Positions 1-11,590 of a DNA stretch of 21,672 nucleotides are shown piece by piece; the first letter of the stretch is position 1; every line of letters starts with the position of its first letter. The notes under the pieces are model-generated. The model had not been told where the DNA came from, did no database searches, and worked only from the letters and a program-made list of their open reading frames with translations. The translations under genes were made by a program, and so were the position numbers. The stretch comes from a virus (taxonomy: Duplodnaviria > Heunggongvirae > Uroviricota > Caudoviricetes), in the IMG/VR virus record IMGVR_UViG_637000261_000001, one strand, 5' to 3'.

Positions 1-1354
<1,354 letters not shown>

Positions 1355-1672
1355 TGGTTAGCAATAGCAAATTTACTCCCAGCTGCTCTGATTTCAAGAA
1401 AGCTGTACACCTCCCTTATGCCTATATTTTTAACCGGAACACCACCAAAGTATTCACTTATGATTTTCAACCTCTGGTTGTGTCTTTTCATGGTGTTTGT
1501 GCTTAATTGTCTACGCTCTATTTCATTTCTGAAATTTAATATCAGCTCGCAGAATAATGTTACGCTATTACCTTTTATTCTATCCAGTAAGCTTATATGT
1601 TGCGTGGATAATAATTCCATATTTGCCGCAATAGCCTCATTAACTGCAATTCTTTTGTCTCTTCCGATTCCA
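1355..1672 (-). pseudogene. Internal fragment of a tyrosine recombinase / phage integrase-like gene (N-terminal core-binding-like region), bounded by IS1 and IS911
   Basis: About 106 codons (…LSTNTMKRHNQRLKIISEYFGGVPVKNIGIREVYSFLEIRAAGSKFAIANQYRALLS) with the spacing pattern of an integrase SAM-like domain; both ends run into IS sequence. Confidence 0.3.
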
Positions 1673-1687
1673 GGTAATGACTCCAAC

Positions 1688-2191
1688 TTACTGATAGTGT
1701 TTTATGTTCAGATAATGCCCGATGACCTTGTCATGCAGCTCCACCGATTTTGAGAACGACAGTGACTTCCGTCCCAGCCTTGCCAGATGTTGTCTCAGAT
1801 TCAGATTATGTCGCTCAATGCGCTGAGTGTAACGCTTGCTGATAACGTGCAGCTTTCCCTTCAGGCGTGATTCATACAGCGGCCAGCCATCCGTCATCCA
1901 TACCACGACCTCAAAGGCCGACAGCAGGCTCAGAAGACGCTCCAGTGTGGCCAGAGTGCGTTCACCGAAGACGTGCGCCACAACCGTCCTCCGTATCCTG
2001 TCATACGCGTAAAACAGCCAGCGCTGACGTGATTTAGCACCGACGTAGCCCCACTGTTCGTCCATTTCAGCGCAGACAATCACATCACTGCCCGGTTGTA
2101 TGCGCGAGGTTACCGACTGCGGCCTGAGTTTTTTAAGTGACGTAAAACCGTGTTGAGGCCAACGCCCATAATGCGTGCACTGGCGCGACAT
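1688..2191 (-). CDS. insB: IS1 InsB
   Basis: 167 aa ORF identical in both IS1 copies; recalled InsB sequence. Confidence 0.9.
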   Translation of the reverse strand: MSRQCTHYGRWPQHGFTSLKKLRPQSVTSRIQPGSDVIVCAEMDEQWGYVGAKSRQRWLFYAYDRIRRTVVAHVFGERTLATLERLLSLLSAFEVVVWMTDGWPLYESRLKGKLHVISKRYTQRIERHNLNLRQHLARLGRKSLSFSKSVELHDKVIGHYLNIKHYQ

Positions 2192-2385
2192 CCGACGCCA
2201 TTCATGGCCATATCAATGATTTTCTGGTGCGTACCGGGCTGAGAGGCGGTGTAAGTGAACTGTAGTTGCCATGTTTTACGGCAATGAGAGCAGAGATAGC
2301 GCTGATGTCCGGCAGTGCTTTTGCCGTTACGCACCACGCCTTCAGTAGCGGAGCAGGAAGGACATCTGATGGAAATGGAAGCCAC
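2110..2385 (-). CDS. insA: IS1 InsA (zinc-finger DNA-binding protein)
   Basis: 91 aa [23 protein letters not shown]...; A6C frameshift motif (TTAAAAAAC on the minus strand) at about 2127..2133 in the insA/insB overlap. Confidence 0.9.
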   Translation of the reverse strand: MASISIRCPSCSATEGVVRNGKSTAGHQRYLCSHCRKTWQLQFTYTASQPGTHQKIIDMAMNGVGCRASARIMGVGLNTVLRHLKNSGRSR

Positions 2386-2439
2386 GCAAGCACCTTAAAA
2401 TCACCATCATACACTAAATCAGTAAGTTGGCAGCATACC

Positions 2440-2589
2440 CAGCGAGGCAGCTCACGCCATAACGGGACTATATCGTTGGATATTACAGCGCACTAAGGAC
2501 CGCACGAATATACGGTGGGTTTACCCCCCAAACGAAATCGGAAAATCGATACTGGGAAAACTCTAACTCGGTGGCCAGTTTTTGTTGAC
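2440..2589 (+). pseudogene. 3' end of an IS3-family transposase OrfB (ISEhe3-like), continuation of the fragment at 5313..5556
   Basis: Reading frame continues ...[13 protein letters not shown]... across the shared 9 bp CAGCGAGGC; C-terminal motif ...YYSALR...ENRYW is visible in a +1 frame, implying an indel near 2467..2470. The family name is from memory and not verified. Confidence 0.45.
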
Positions 2590-2612
2590 CACTTCACCAT
2601 GGACATTTGAAA

Positions 2613-2637
2613 GAGCCCGCTTTATGCGGGTTTTTTT
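2613..2637 (+). terminator. Rho-independent terminator-like hairpin (CCCGC-TTTAT-GCGGG followed by T7)
   Basis: GC stem with 5 nt loop followed by TTTTTTT at 2631..2637, seen directly. It may belong to the IS3-family element end or be a phage tR'-like terminator. Confidence 0.5.
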
Positions 2638-2687
2638 ATACCTGAAAAACGGCACAGGACGTTAAACGTGCTGGTGGTCAGATGAGT

Positions 2688-2716
2688 TTGCAGATGTGAT
2701 GACATATGGTTATTAT
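2688..2716 (+). promoter_or_regulatory. Candidate sigma70 promoter for the tRNA cluster (TTGCAG, 17 bp spacer, TATTAT)
   Basis: -35 at 2688..2693 and -10 at 2711..2716, about 10 bp upstream of the first tRNA 5' end. Confidence 0.4.
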
Positions 2717-2725
2717 TCTGCCTCC

Positions 2726-2802
2726 GGCCCTTTAGCTCAGTTGGTCAGAGCGAGCGACTCATAATCGCCAGGTCGCTGGTTCAAGTCCAGCAAGGGCCAC
2801 CA
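2726..2802 (+). tRNA. tRNA with anticodon CAT, most similar to tRNA-Ile2 (ileX/ileZ type, lysidine-modified, reads AUA); elongator tRNA-Met not excluded
   Basis: Cloverleaf folds by eye: acceptor GGCCCTT/AAGGGCC, anticodon loop CTCATAA, T arm GCTGGTTCAAGTCCAGC, encoded CCA. Anticodon and T arms match the recalled ileX sequence. Confidence 0.75.
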
Positions 2803-2803
2803 A

Positions 2804-2880
2804 CCACCACTAGCTCATCCGGATAGAGCATCAACCTTCTAAGTTGACGGTGCGAGGTTCGAGTCCTCGGTGGTGGGCCA
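2804..2880 (+). tRNA. tRNA-Arg (anticodon TCT, reads AGA/AGG)
   Basis: Acceptor CCACCAC/GTGGTGG, D stem GCTC/GAGC, anticodon stem TCAAC/GTTGA with loop CTTCTAA, T arm CGAGG-TTCGAGT-CCTCG, encoded CCA; starts 1 nt after the previous tRNA. Confidence 0.75.
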
Positions 2881-2882
2881 GC

Positions 2883-2958
<76 letters not shown>

Positions 2959-2961
2959 TAT

Positions 2962-3036
<75 letters not shown>

Positions 3037-3042
3037 GTCAGA

Positions 3043-3088
3043 GTCTTTCAGTCTGCGATGATGGGAAATCCCGGAGTGACTGAAAGAC
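3043..3088. repeat. Perfect 11 bp inverted repeat (GTCTTTCAGTC / GACTGAAAGAC) with 24 nt spacer immediately 3' of the tRNA cluster
   Basis: Seen directly; could form a stable RNA stem-loop. Confidence 0.6.
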
Positions 3089-3095
3089 GTTTAAG

Positions 3096-3168
3096 TTATG
3101 AATGATCGCCTTTTTTTGCAAAATTGCTGTGCAGAAATACTAACCTTCGGGCGTGCGATCATTCATAA
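3096..3168. repeat. Perfect 14 bp inverted repeat (TTATGAATGATCGC / GCGATCATTCATAA) with 45 nt spacer
   Basis: Seen directly; the spacer contains a T7 run and the palindromic TTGCAA. Confidence 0.6.
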
Positions 3169-3328
3169 GCACTCTGCTTTTATTCCGATTAACTGTGGGT
3201 GGTTTGTTGGATAGAGTGCTTTCCTTACTGTATATATCGTTTCGCCCGCTTTTGCGTTTTTTTCTTTTCAAATCCCTTTCATTTCTCAGTGTAAAACTAC
3301 GCCATCCGTTATTTGCGGAGGTGAGGCT

Positions 3329-3520
3329 ATGAAATCCATGGACAAAATTTCAACGGGCATTGCCTACGGCACCTCCGCCGGCAGTGCCGGCTACTGGTTT
3401 TTGCAGTGGTTGGATCAGGTCAGTCCATCACAGTGGGCTGCGATTGGTGTGCTGGGAAGTCTGCTTCTGGGGCTTCTGACTTATCTGACGAATCTGTATT
3501 TCAAAATAAGAGAAGATTGA
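3329..3520 (+). CDS. Phage 21-type class II holin (pinholin S21-like), C-terminal end replaced by IS600 insertion
   Basis: [30 protein letters not shown]... with dual Met1/Met4 starts and two predicted TM segments; RBS GGAGGTGAGG upstream. The stop codon TGA at 3518..3520 is the first three bases of the IS600 terminal repeat. Confidence 0.65.
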   Translation: MKSMDKISTGIAYGTSAGSAGYWFLQWLDQVSPSQWAAIGVLGSLLLGLLTYLTNLYFKIRED

Positions 3521-4002
3521 GGTAGCCTGAGTTTAACGGACACTCCTTCCTGAAATAGAATGGCATCAGAAGGAGCTAATAATGAGCAGAAAAAACCAAC
3601 GTTACTCTAAAGAGTTCAAAGCCGAAGCTGTCAGAACGGTTCTTGAAAATCAACTTTCGATCAGTGAAGGCGCTTCCCGATTATCCCTTCCTGAAGGCAC
3701 TTTAGGACAATGGGTTACCGCCGCCAGAAAAGGGCTCGGTACTCCTGGTTCCCGCACGGTGGCTGAACTGGAATCTGAAATTCTGCAACTGCGTAAGGCG
3801 TTAAATGAAGCTCGCCTTGAGCGAGATATATTAAAAAAGCAACAGCGTATTTTGCACAGGAGTCGCTGAAAAATACGCGTTAATCGAACAATGGCGACAA
3901 CAATTTCCCATTGAAGCGATGTGTCAGGTATTTGGTGTATCCAGGAGCGGTTATTACAACTGGGTACAGCATGAACCCTCAGACAGAAAACAAAGTGATG
4001 AG
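3518..4002 (+). mobile_element. IS600 (IS3 family) 5' part, interrupted at 4002/4003 by IS629
   Basis: Left end TGAGGTAGCCTGAGTTTAACGGACACTCC at 3518; colinear with the intact copy at 16915..18178 (reverse complement). Confidence 0.9.
3582..3869 (+). pseudogene. IS600 OrfA with a 1 bp deletion in the frameshift A-run (A6 instead of A7), giving an aberrant C-terminus
   Basis: Ends ...ILKKQQRILHRSR, whereas the intact copy (17812..18114) ends ...ILKKATAYFAQESLKNTR; TTAAAAAAGC at 3831..3840 versus TTAAAAAAAGC in copy 2. Confidence 0.8.
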
Positions 4003-4044
4003 TGAACCGCCCCGGGTTTCCTGGAGAGTGTTTTATCTGTGAAC

Positions 4045-4935
4045 TCAGGCTGCCAGATCATCGTTTCCGATGGAAGCATAATAAGCTTTTTCTGCTTCTG
4101 CCGGAGGGATGTGGCCCAGCCTTTCCAGCAATCGTCGATTATTATACCAGTCCACCCACGTGAGTGTGGCCAGTTCCACTTCTGCACGGTTTTTCCAGCT
4201 CTTACGGTGTATTACCTCCGCTTTGTAAAGACCATTGATGCTCTCCGCCATCGCGTTGTCATACGAGTCGCCTGTACTTCCTGTTGATGCCAGTAATCCG
4301 GCTTCCTTAAGCCGCTGTGTGTAGGCCAGCGATACATACTGAGAACCTTTATCACTGTGATGGACCGTGCCGGACGGTCGACGGGCCCATAACGCCTGCT
4401 CCAGAGCATCCAGCACGAATGTCGTTTCCATGGACGATGAGACCCGCCACCCCACGATGTATCCGGCAAACACATCAATAATGAACGCCACATAGACGAA
4501 GCCCTGCCATGTGCTGACGTAAGTAAAATCAGCCACCCACAGCTGGTCAGGTCGTTCTGCCACGAACTGACGGTTTACGCGGTCGCCTGCGGCAACGGCT
4601 TTCCGGCTGATGGTCGTACGGACCTTTTTACCCCGGAGAACACCGGCAAGTCCCATAACCGCCATGAGACGTGCCACAGTGCATCTGGCCACTCTGATAC
4701 CTTCCCGTAACAACTGACGCCAGACTTTACGCACACCGTATACCTGATGATTCCCATCGTATACGCGCAGTATCTCTTTCTTCAGCCAGTCATCGCGCTG
4801 CGCACGGGCACTGCGTTTATCAGGATGATGTCGCTGTTGCTGACAGTGGTAATACGTTGACGGGGCAATATGTAGTTCACTGCATACCGGTCCGACCCCG
4901 TACAGCTTACGCAGCTTATCCAGCAGTGGCATCAC
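4045..4935 (-). CDS. IS629 transposase OrfB
   Basis: 296 aa ORF identical to copy 3 OrfB. Confidence 0.9.
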   Translation of the reverse strand: MMPLLDKLRKLYGVGPVCSELHIAPSTYYHCQQQRHHPDKRSARAQRDDWLKKEILRVYDGNHQVYGVRKVWRQLLREGIRVARCTVARLMAVMGLAGVLRGKKVRTTISRKAVAAGDRVNRQFVAERPDQLWVADFTYVSTWQGFVYVAFIIDVFAGYIVGWRVSSSMETTFVLDALEQALWARRPSGTVHHSDKGSQYVSLAYTQRLKEAGLLASTGSTGDSYDNAMAESINGLYKAEVIHRKSWKNRAEVELATLTWVDWYNNRRLLERLGHIPPAEAEKAYYASIGNDDLAA

Positions 4936-5258
4936 TTTTTCCAGAGGCGGTCGAACTCCGCCTTCGCAAAATAAGCGGAAGCCTGGCGAAGGATATCGTT
5001 ACTGCGGCGCAGTTCACGATTTTCACGTTCCAGCTCTTTCAGACGCTGACGTTCAGCGGTGGTGAGCCCGCCATCACCGCCTCCGGTATCCCGCTCATGC
5101 TGGCGTACCCAGACACGCAGAGTCTCCGGTGTACAGCCAATCTTTGGGGCAATGGAACAAATTGCCGCCCACTGTGAGTCATATTCGCCCTGACTTTCCA
5201 GAACCATACGAATCGCCCTCTGACGGACTTCGGGGGAAAAACGAGTATTTTTAGTCAT
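4932..5258 (-). CDS. IS629 OrfA
   Basis: 108 aa [23 protein letters not shown]...; overlaps orfB in the -1 frame. Confidence 0.9.
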   Translation of the reverse strand: MTKNTRFSPEVRQRAIRMVLESQGEYDSQWAAICSIAPKIGCTPETLRVWVRQHERDTGGGDGGLTTAERQRLKELERENRELRRSNDILRQASAYFAKAEFDRLWKK

Positions 5259-5312
5259 CCTGTTTACCTCTTTCTCAGGAAGTTTAGTCTCCAGGATTCC
5301 CGGGGCGGTTCA

Positions 5313-6075
<763 letters not shown>

Positions 6076-6363
6076 CCGACGCCATTCATGGCCATATCAA
6101 TGATTTTCTGGTGCGTACCGGGCTGAGAGGCGGTGTAAGTGAACTGTAGTTGCCATGTTTTACGGCAATGAGAGCAGAGATAGCGCTGATGTCCGGCAGT
6201 GCTTTTGCCGTTACGCACCACGCCTTCAGTAGCGGAGCAGGAAGGACATCTGATGGAAATGGAAGCCACGCAAGCACCTTAAAATCACCATCATACACTA
6301 AATCAGTAAGTTGGCAGCATTACCCCATTGCTGGCATAAATTCAGTTTCGAATATTCAGTTAA

Positions 6364-6605
6364 TTAAAGTTCGTGTGCCATCTTGTCTTTTTCGGCACAA
6401 GCTGCACCGCAATATTTTCGTTTCTTTCTGGCAATCATGTTTCCATGCATATAAATAAGCTCGCCAGTAAAAGCTTTTTCAGGTAAAAACTGTTTATTGC
6501 AGAGATGGTAATCACATTGTATTAAATCCGGGTCACCTTTTTGCTGGAGAATTTTTCTGATTCTCCACAGCCATTTTTTAATCCCGGTATGACTGATGGT
6601 CTGCC
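6364..6605 (-). pseudogene. 3' fragment of an unknown gene with a Cys-rich (CxxxxC ... CxxxC) C-terminus, cut at 6605/6606 by the IS600 end
   Basis: ...LIQCDYHLCNKQFLPEKAFTGELIYMHGNMIARKKRKYCGAACAEKDKMAHEL-stop; the upstream part of the track ORF 6364..6621 is IS600 sequence. Confidence 0.2.
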
Positions 6606-7386
6606 TGAGGTGTACTGGCAATAGCGGACACTACCATTTGTTCTTTTTTTAAGCAGCCATCTGATGATATTTTTCCCTGAAGGCTGCCGGGGAGATATTC
6701 CCCAGACGAGAGTGACGACGCTGACGATTGTAGAAAATCTCAATGTATTCCCGTATTACTGAGATGGCTTCATCCCGGTTATTAAAACGATAGTGGCTCA
6801 GGCTCTCATTTTTCAGCGTTCCCCAGAAGCTTTCCATCGGAGCGTTGTCGTAACAGTGACCTTTACGCGACATTGATGTTTTCAGACCAGACTGCTCCTG
6901 TATGACCCGGTAATCGTATGCGCAGTACTGTGAACCTCGATCAGAGTGGTGGATTAGCCCGGCAGGTGGGCGCTGGCTCCTGAGCGCCATAAACAGGGCT
7001 TTACCTGTCAGCTCTTTTGTCATGCGCTCTCCCATGGCGTAGCCGACAATTTCGCACGTATAAACATCTTTGATGCCAGCGAGGTACAACCATCCCTCCT
7101 GTGTGGCAACATACGTCAGGTCCGCCACCCAGACCTGATTTGGTGCTGTAGGAGCGAACGTCTGGTTCAGCAGATTTGGCGCAACTGGCAGATTGTGGTT
7201 CGGGTTCGTAGTCGCTCTGAACTTGCGTTTCTGCTTACAGCGTAGCCTTAGCTCCTTACGAAGACGTGCCAGTCGGTCACGACCAACGATGATGCCATTC
7301 TCTGCCAGCTCCGTCTGGAGCCGCCGGGTTCCATATGTTTCGCGAGTGCGGATATGTGCCACCTTAATCTCCAGTTTTAGCCGCTC
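6606..7386 (-). mobile_element. IS600 3' part (orfB 3' portion plus right terminal repeat), inverted relative to the 5' part at 3518..4002
   Basis: Terminal repeat TGAGGTGTACTGGCAATAGCGG at 6606; the junction with IS629 at 7386/7387 carries CTC, the complement of the GAG at 4000..4002. Confidence 0.85.
6649..7386 (-). pseudogene. IS600 OrfB, 5'-truncated fragment
   Basis: Matches residues ...ERLKLEIKVAHIRTRETYGTRRLQ...YHQMAA of the intact OrfB at 16958..17776. Confidence 0.85.
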
Positions 7387-7440
7387 TGAACCGCCCCGGG
7401 AATCCTGGAGACTAAACTCCCTGAGAAAGAGGTAAACAGG

Positions 7441-7767
7441 ATGACTAAAAATACTCGTTTTTCCCCCGAAGTCCGTCAGAGGGCGATTCGTATGGTTCTG
7501 GAAAGTCAGGGCGAATATGACTCACAGTGGGCGGCAATTTGTTCCATTGCCCCAAAGATTGGCTGTACACCGGAGACTCTGCGTGTCTGGGTACGCCAGC
7601 ATGAGCGGGATACCGGAGGCGGTGATGGCGGGCTCACCACCGCTGAACGTCAGCGTCTGAAAGAGCTGGAACGTGAAAATCGTGAACTGCGCCGCAGTAA
7701 CGATATCCTTCGCCAGGCTTCCGCTTATTTTGCGAAGGCGGAGTTCGACCGCCTCTGGAAAAAGTGA
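7441..7767 (+). CDS. IS629 OrfA
   Basis: 108 aa, identical to copy 2 OrfA. Confidence 0.9.
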   Translation: MTKNTRFSPEVRQRAIRMVLESQGEYDSQWAAICSIAPKIGCTPETLRVWVRQHERDTGGGDGGLTTAERQRLKELERENRELRRSNDILRQASAYFAKAEFDRLWKK

Positions 7768-8654
7768 TGCCACTGCTGGATAAGCTGCGTAAGCTGTACG
7801 GGGTCGGACCGGTATGCAGTGAACTACATATTGCCCCGTCAACGTATTACCACTGTCAGCAACAGCGACATCATCCTGATAAACGCAGTGCCCGTGCGCA
7901 GCGCGATGACTGGCTGAAGAAAGAGATACTGCGCGTATACGATGGGAATCATCAGGTATACGGTGTGCGTAAAGTCTGGCGTCAGTTGTTACGGGAAGGT
8001 ATCAGAGTGGCCAGATGCACTGTGGCACGTCTCATGGCGGTTATGGGACTTGCCGGTGTTCTCCGGGGTAAAAAGGTCCGTACGACCATCAGCCGGAAAG
8101 CCGTTGCCGCAGGCGACCGCGTAAACCGTCAGTTCGTGGCAGAACGACCTGACCAGCTGTGGGTGGCTGATTTTACTTACGTCAGCACATGGCAGGGCTT
8201 CGTCTATGTGGCGTTCATTATTGATGTGTTTGCCGGATACATCGTGGGGTGGCGGGTCTCATCGTCCATGGAAACGACATTCGTGCTGGATGCTCTGGAG
8301 CAGGCGTTATGGGCCCGTCGACCGTCCGGCACGGTCCATCACAGTGATAAAGGTTCTCAGTATGTATCGCTGGCCTACACACAGCGGCTTAAGGAAGCCG
8401 GATTACTGGCATCAACAGGAAGTACAGGCGACTCGTATGACAACGCGATGGCGGAGAGCATCAATGGTCTTTACAAAGCGGAGGTAATACACCGTAAGAG
8501 CTGGAAAAACCGTGCAGAAGTGGAACTGGCCACACTCACGTGGGTGGACTGGTATAATAATCGACGATTGCTGGAAAGGCTGGGCCACATCCCTCCGGCA
8601 GAAGCAGAAAAAGCTTATTATGCTTCCATCGGAAACGATGATCTGGCAGCCTGA
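7764..8654 (+). CDS. IS629 transposase OrfB
   Basis: 296 aa; starts GTG 7764 / ATG 7767, overlapping the orfA stop. Confidence 0.9.
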   Translation: MMPLLDKLRKLYGVGPVCSELHIAPSTYYHCQQQRHHPDKRSARAQRDDWLKKEILRVYDGNHQVYGVRKVWRQLLREGIRVARCTVARLMAVMGLAGVLRGKKVRTTISRKAVAAGDRVNRQFVAERPDQLWVADFTYVSTWQGFVYVAFIIDVFAGYIVGWRVSSSMETTFVLDALEQALWARRPSGTVHHSDKGSQYVSLAYTQRLKEAGLLASTGSTGDSYDNAMAESINGLYKAEVIHRKSWKNRAEVELATLTWVDWYNNRRLLERLGHIPPAEAEKAYYASIGNDDLAA

Positions 8655-8696
8655 GTTCACAGATAAAACACTCTCCAGGAAACCCGGGGCGGTTCA

Positions 8697-9707
8697 ATCG
8701 GGCTGAAAGTGGCGTCATGGGTGCGGGGGCTGACAAAAGCCCTCAGTGGCCCCGGAGGCCTTCTTTTTGCGATAACGGCGCTTTACCCGGTTGTTGACGG
8801 ATTACTGACATCCATTGTTGGCAGGGAAAATAAGGACTGGCTGGATTCACATGGTTTTTTCTGGGCTTCAGACGGGACTTTCTTTTTCAATAAGAAAGAG
8901 ATGGAGACGTATCAGACAAAACTGGATGTCGGAGAAAAGCCTGGCAACATCACCCGGGCACAATCACCCACAGTATGGCAGCAGGGCATGCTGGATACTC
9001 AGGCTTCTCAGGCAACCGGGAGGGAAGCAGCCTTCGGTGAATCCTGGCTACAGGGTATGCGTGCGACGCAGGAAAAACTCGGTAATGCCATGCAAAACCG
9101 CCAGCGACCGACGAAGACCGGGGAAGCCCTGTTAGGCTGGCTGCAACCGAAACTGTCTCAACTGGAGGAAAAATATAACCTGCCGCCCGGACTGCTGCGC
9201 AGCGTTGCGATCACCGAATCCCGTGGTAATCAGTTTGCCGTCTCACCTGCTGGTGCGATGGGACTGTTTCAGTTCATGCCGAAGACGGCCAGTGAATTTG
9301 GTCTGAGGGGGAACGATGCCTTTGATCCCGAAAAAGCCGCTGATGCCGCCGCGAGAAAACTTGGTGGCCTGATACGTTTTTTTCATGGCGATCTGGCTAA
9401 GGCTCTGGCGGCATATAACTGGGGAGAGGGAAATGTTCAGCGTAAGGGACTGGCTGCTGCTCCGGAGGAGACCCGCAACTATATTCCGCGGGTGCTGGCG
9501 AACCTGCCTTATCCGGGTGCGGCAATGGCCATACGGTCGCTCCATCCTGCGCCTGTATCGCAGTCCACCGTAACGGAAACCACGCATATCGGGACACTGA
9601 ATGTCACCACAACGTCGGACAATGTGAAGGGTATTACCGATGACGCACGTCGGCGTATCACGAATTCGGCGCTTGTGTCGGTTTATTCCAGCGGGGTAAC
9701 AGGATGA
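8697..9707 (+). pseudogene. Phage virion / tail-associated protein with a lytic transglycosylase (SLT) domain, N-terminally truncated by IS629
   Basis: Open frame runs straight out of the IS629 end; contains ...ESRGNQFAVSPAGAMGLFQFMPKTASEFGL...AYNWGEGNV..., matching the SLT catalytic-Glu / GLMQ / AYN signature. Confidence 0.6.
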
Positions 9708-10414
9708 GTTTTTCTTTCGATAATATTTCCCTGAATAACTTTTCGCTCAGTGAAAGTAACGTACTGAGTGCAGTTCGTGGCGGCGGTGTCCTGGGACTCA
9801 TTAATAGTGTACTGGCACCGTCATTCGGTATTTATTACGCACGGAATGATCCGGCAGGTGCCCATCAGAAGGGTGGCAAACCTTTCTCCCCGGATTCTTT
9901 TGTTGTCGTTGAGGTGGGCGCGGAGGCTTCTGTTTCCACCGTCCCCGTGGAGCAGGGGGCTTATACCACCTTTAATAAAATCCAGAGATCGCCGGAACTG
10001 CATGTGACTTTCATTGTAGAGGGGTGGACGGCCTTTTCCGGATCCGTCCCGAACCTGACAAATTTTTCCACCACCTCGCGGACGAATGTGCTGGAAACGC
10101 TTGAAAGGATGCGTACCACGGCAGGACTCTACGATATTGAGACGCCGGACAAGACATGGACATCCTGCGACCTTGTGAAATATGACTACCGAATGCGAAG
10201 TAATAATGGTCCGACCTTACTGACGGTTACTGCGGTATTTCAGACCGTAATGAATACAGGAGAGGTGTCAGTGGGAAGTACGGATAAGTCGTCTCCCACG
10301 GACAACGATAAAGCAAAAGGGGCCGCATCGGTTAAAACGCAGCCAGTTACGGCGTCGGTGACACAACCGTCAGACGCTGACAGACGAAGTGCCACGAACA
10401 GGGGGATCACCTGA
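9704..10414 (+). CDS. Hypothetical phage structural protein (236 aa)
   Basis: ATGA start/stop overlap with the upstream gene; Ser/Thr-rich; identity not recognised. Confidence 0.4.
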   Translation: MSFSFDNISLNNFSLSESNVLSAVRGGGVLGLINSVLAPSFGIYYARNDPAGAHQKGGKPFSPDSFVVVEVGAEASVSTVPVEQGAYTTFNKIQRSPELHVTFIVEGWTAFSGSVPNLTNFSTTSRTNVLETLERMRTTAGLYDIETPDKTWTSCDLVKYDYRMRSNNGPTLLTVTAVFQTVMNTGEVSVGSTDKSSPTDNDKAKGAASVKTQPVTASVTQPSDADRRSATNRGIT

Positions 10415-10716
10415 TGCTGGAAATTGTTTTATCTCCCGTTAAAGCCCAGCAGTTTACGGTGACACTGGGCGCTCAGGTCTGCACCATTCGCCTGAATCAG
10501 CGTACTACGGGGATGTATATCGATATCATTGTTAATGGTGAACCGTGCCTGTATGGCGTGCTGTGTCTGAATAATAACCGGATTGTCCGGTACGGATACC
10601 TGCCGTTTCAGGGGGACCTGTTTTTTACCGACACGGAGGGGAATAGTGACCCTGACTGGCGGGGGCTCGGATCCCGGTACCGGCTCTACTGGCTGTTACC
10701 TGAGGAACTGATATGA
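10414..10716 (+). CDS. Hypothetical phage structural protein (100 aa)
   Basis: TGATG overlap with the upstream gene; identity not recognised. Confidence 0.4.
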   Translation: MLEIVLSPVKAQQFTVTLGAQVCTIRLNQRTTGMYIDIIVNGEPCLYGVLCLNNNRIVRYGYLPFQGDLFFTDTEGNSDPDWRGLGSRYRLYWLLPEELI

Positions 10717-10737
10717 GCTACAGACAACGTAAAATAA
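10713..10737 (+). pseudogene. Eight-codon 5' stub (MSYRQRKI) of the next phage gene, cut by the IS66-family element
   Basis: ATGA overlap with the preceding stop; the frame runs directly into the IS terminal repeat at 10738. Confidence 0.3.
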
Positions 10738-10823
10738 GTAAGCGTAAACTGACCGCCGTATGTAGCCATTAAGCCTGTATTGGTAACGTAGGTGCCCACC
10801 TTTTCAACTAGTGGACACCTGTT

Positions 10824-11243
10824 ATGGAACAGAAAGCATTATCTGCAGAACCCCGCAGATCATTTTCAAATGAGTTTAAACTTCAAATGGTTAAACTGGC
10901 TTCACAACCAGGAGCCTCTGTTGCCCGTATTGCCCGGGAACACGATATCAATGATAACCTGCTGTTCAAATGGCTCAGGCTCTGGCAGAACGAAGGGCGC
11001 ATATCGCGGCGTCTTCCGGTAACAACCTCTTCTGACACTGGCGTTGAATTATTACCTGTGGAGATAACGCCGGATGAGCCGAAAGAACCTGTGGCTGCTC
11101 TTACTTCGTCTTTATCTACTCAGACTACAGTTAGTGCCAGCTCCTGCAAGGTGGAGTTCCGTCACGGTAACATGACGCTGGAAAATCCTTCACCAGAGCT
11201 GCTCACAGTGTTGATCCGTGAACTGACCGGGAGGGGACGATGA
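10824..11243 (+). CDS. IS66-family accessory protein TnpA
   Basis: 139 aa with N-terminal HTH-like region; first ORF of the element. Confidence 0.8.
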   Translation: MEQKALSAEPRRSFSNEFKLQMVKLASQPGASVARIAREHDINDNLLFKWLRLWQNEGRISRRLPVTTSSDTGVELLPVEITPDEPKEPVAALTSSLSTQTTVSASSCKVEFRHGNMTLENPSPELLTVLIRELTGRGR

Positions 11244-11590
11244 TCTCACTCCCGTCAGGCACCCGCATCTGGCTCGTTGCTGGGATAACCGATATGCGTA
11301 AGTCTTTCAACGGGCTGGGTGAACAGGTACAGCATGTGCTGAATGATAATCCCTTCTCCGGTCACCTGTTCATCTTCCGTGGCCGACGGGGTGACATGAT
11401 TAAAATCCTGTGGGCTGATGCTGATGGTCTGTGCCTGTTCACCAGACGCCTGGAGGAAGGCCAGTTTATCTGGCCTGCTGTGCGTGACGGCAAGGTATCC
11501 ATTACCCGCTCGCAACTGGCAATGCTCCTCGATAAGCTGGACTGGCGTCAGCCAAAAACATCCCGCCTTAATGCACTGACAATGTTGTAA
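11240..11590 (+). CDS. IS66-family TnpB
   Basis: 116 aa MISLPSGTRIWLVAGITDMRKSFNGL...; ATGA overlap with tnpA. Confidence 0.85.
   Translation: MISLPSGTRIWLVAGITDMRKSFNGLGEQVQHVLNDNPFSGHLFIFRGRRGDMIKILWADADGLCLFTRRLEEGQFIWPAVRDGKVSITRSQLAMLLDKLDWRQPKTSRLNALTML

Larger units (their letters stand above)
1673..2439 (-). mobile_element. IS1 (Shigella iso-IS1 type), copy 1
   Basis: Right terminal repeat GGTAATGACTCCAACTTACTGATAG at 1673; left terminal repeat reverse-complemented ending ...TTGGCAGCATACC at about 2439, one T shorter than copy 2. Confidence 0.9.
4003..5312 (-). mobile_element. IS629 copy 2 (complete, about 1310 bp)
   Basis: Both terminal repeats present (TGAACCGCCCCGGG... at each end in inverse orientation); colinear with copy 3. 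Confidence 0.9.
7387..8696 (+). mobile_element. IS629 copy 3 (complete, 1310 bp)
   Basis: Left repeat TGAACCGCCCCGGGAATCCTGGAGACTAAACT at 7387; right repeat ends ...GGGGCGGTTCA at 8696. Confidence 0.9.

Noticed and set aside
3220-3245. Possible LexA (SOS) box around ACTGTATATATCG upstream of the holin gene
   Set aside because: Only the CTGT-AT-rich half is present; the ACAG half at the required spacing is absent, so it is not a credible full SOS operator.
3037-3328. Shiga toxin (stx) genes between the tRNA island and the holin gene, as in Stx phages
   Set aside because: The interval is only about 290 bp and contains no ORF of appreciable length; no stxA or stxB coding sequence is present.
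9243-10007. Track ORFs 8815..9135, 9243..9587, 9385..9597 and 9768..10007 overlapping the phage virion genes
   Set aside because: Alternate-frame or antisense overlaps of the translationally coupled genes at 8697..10716; no independent support.
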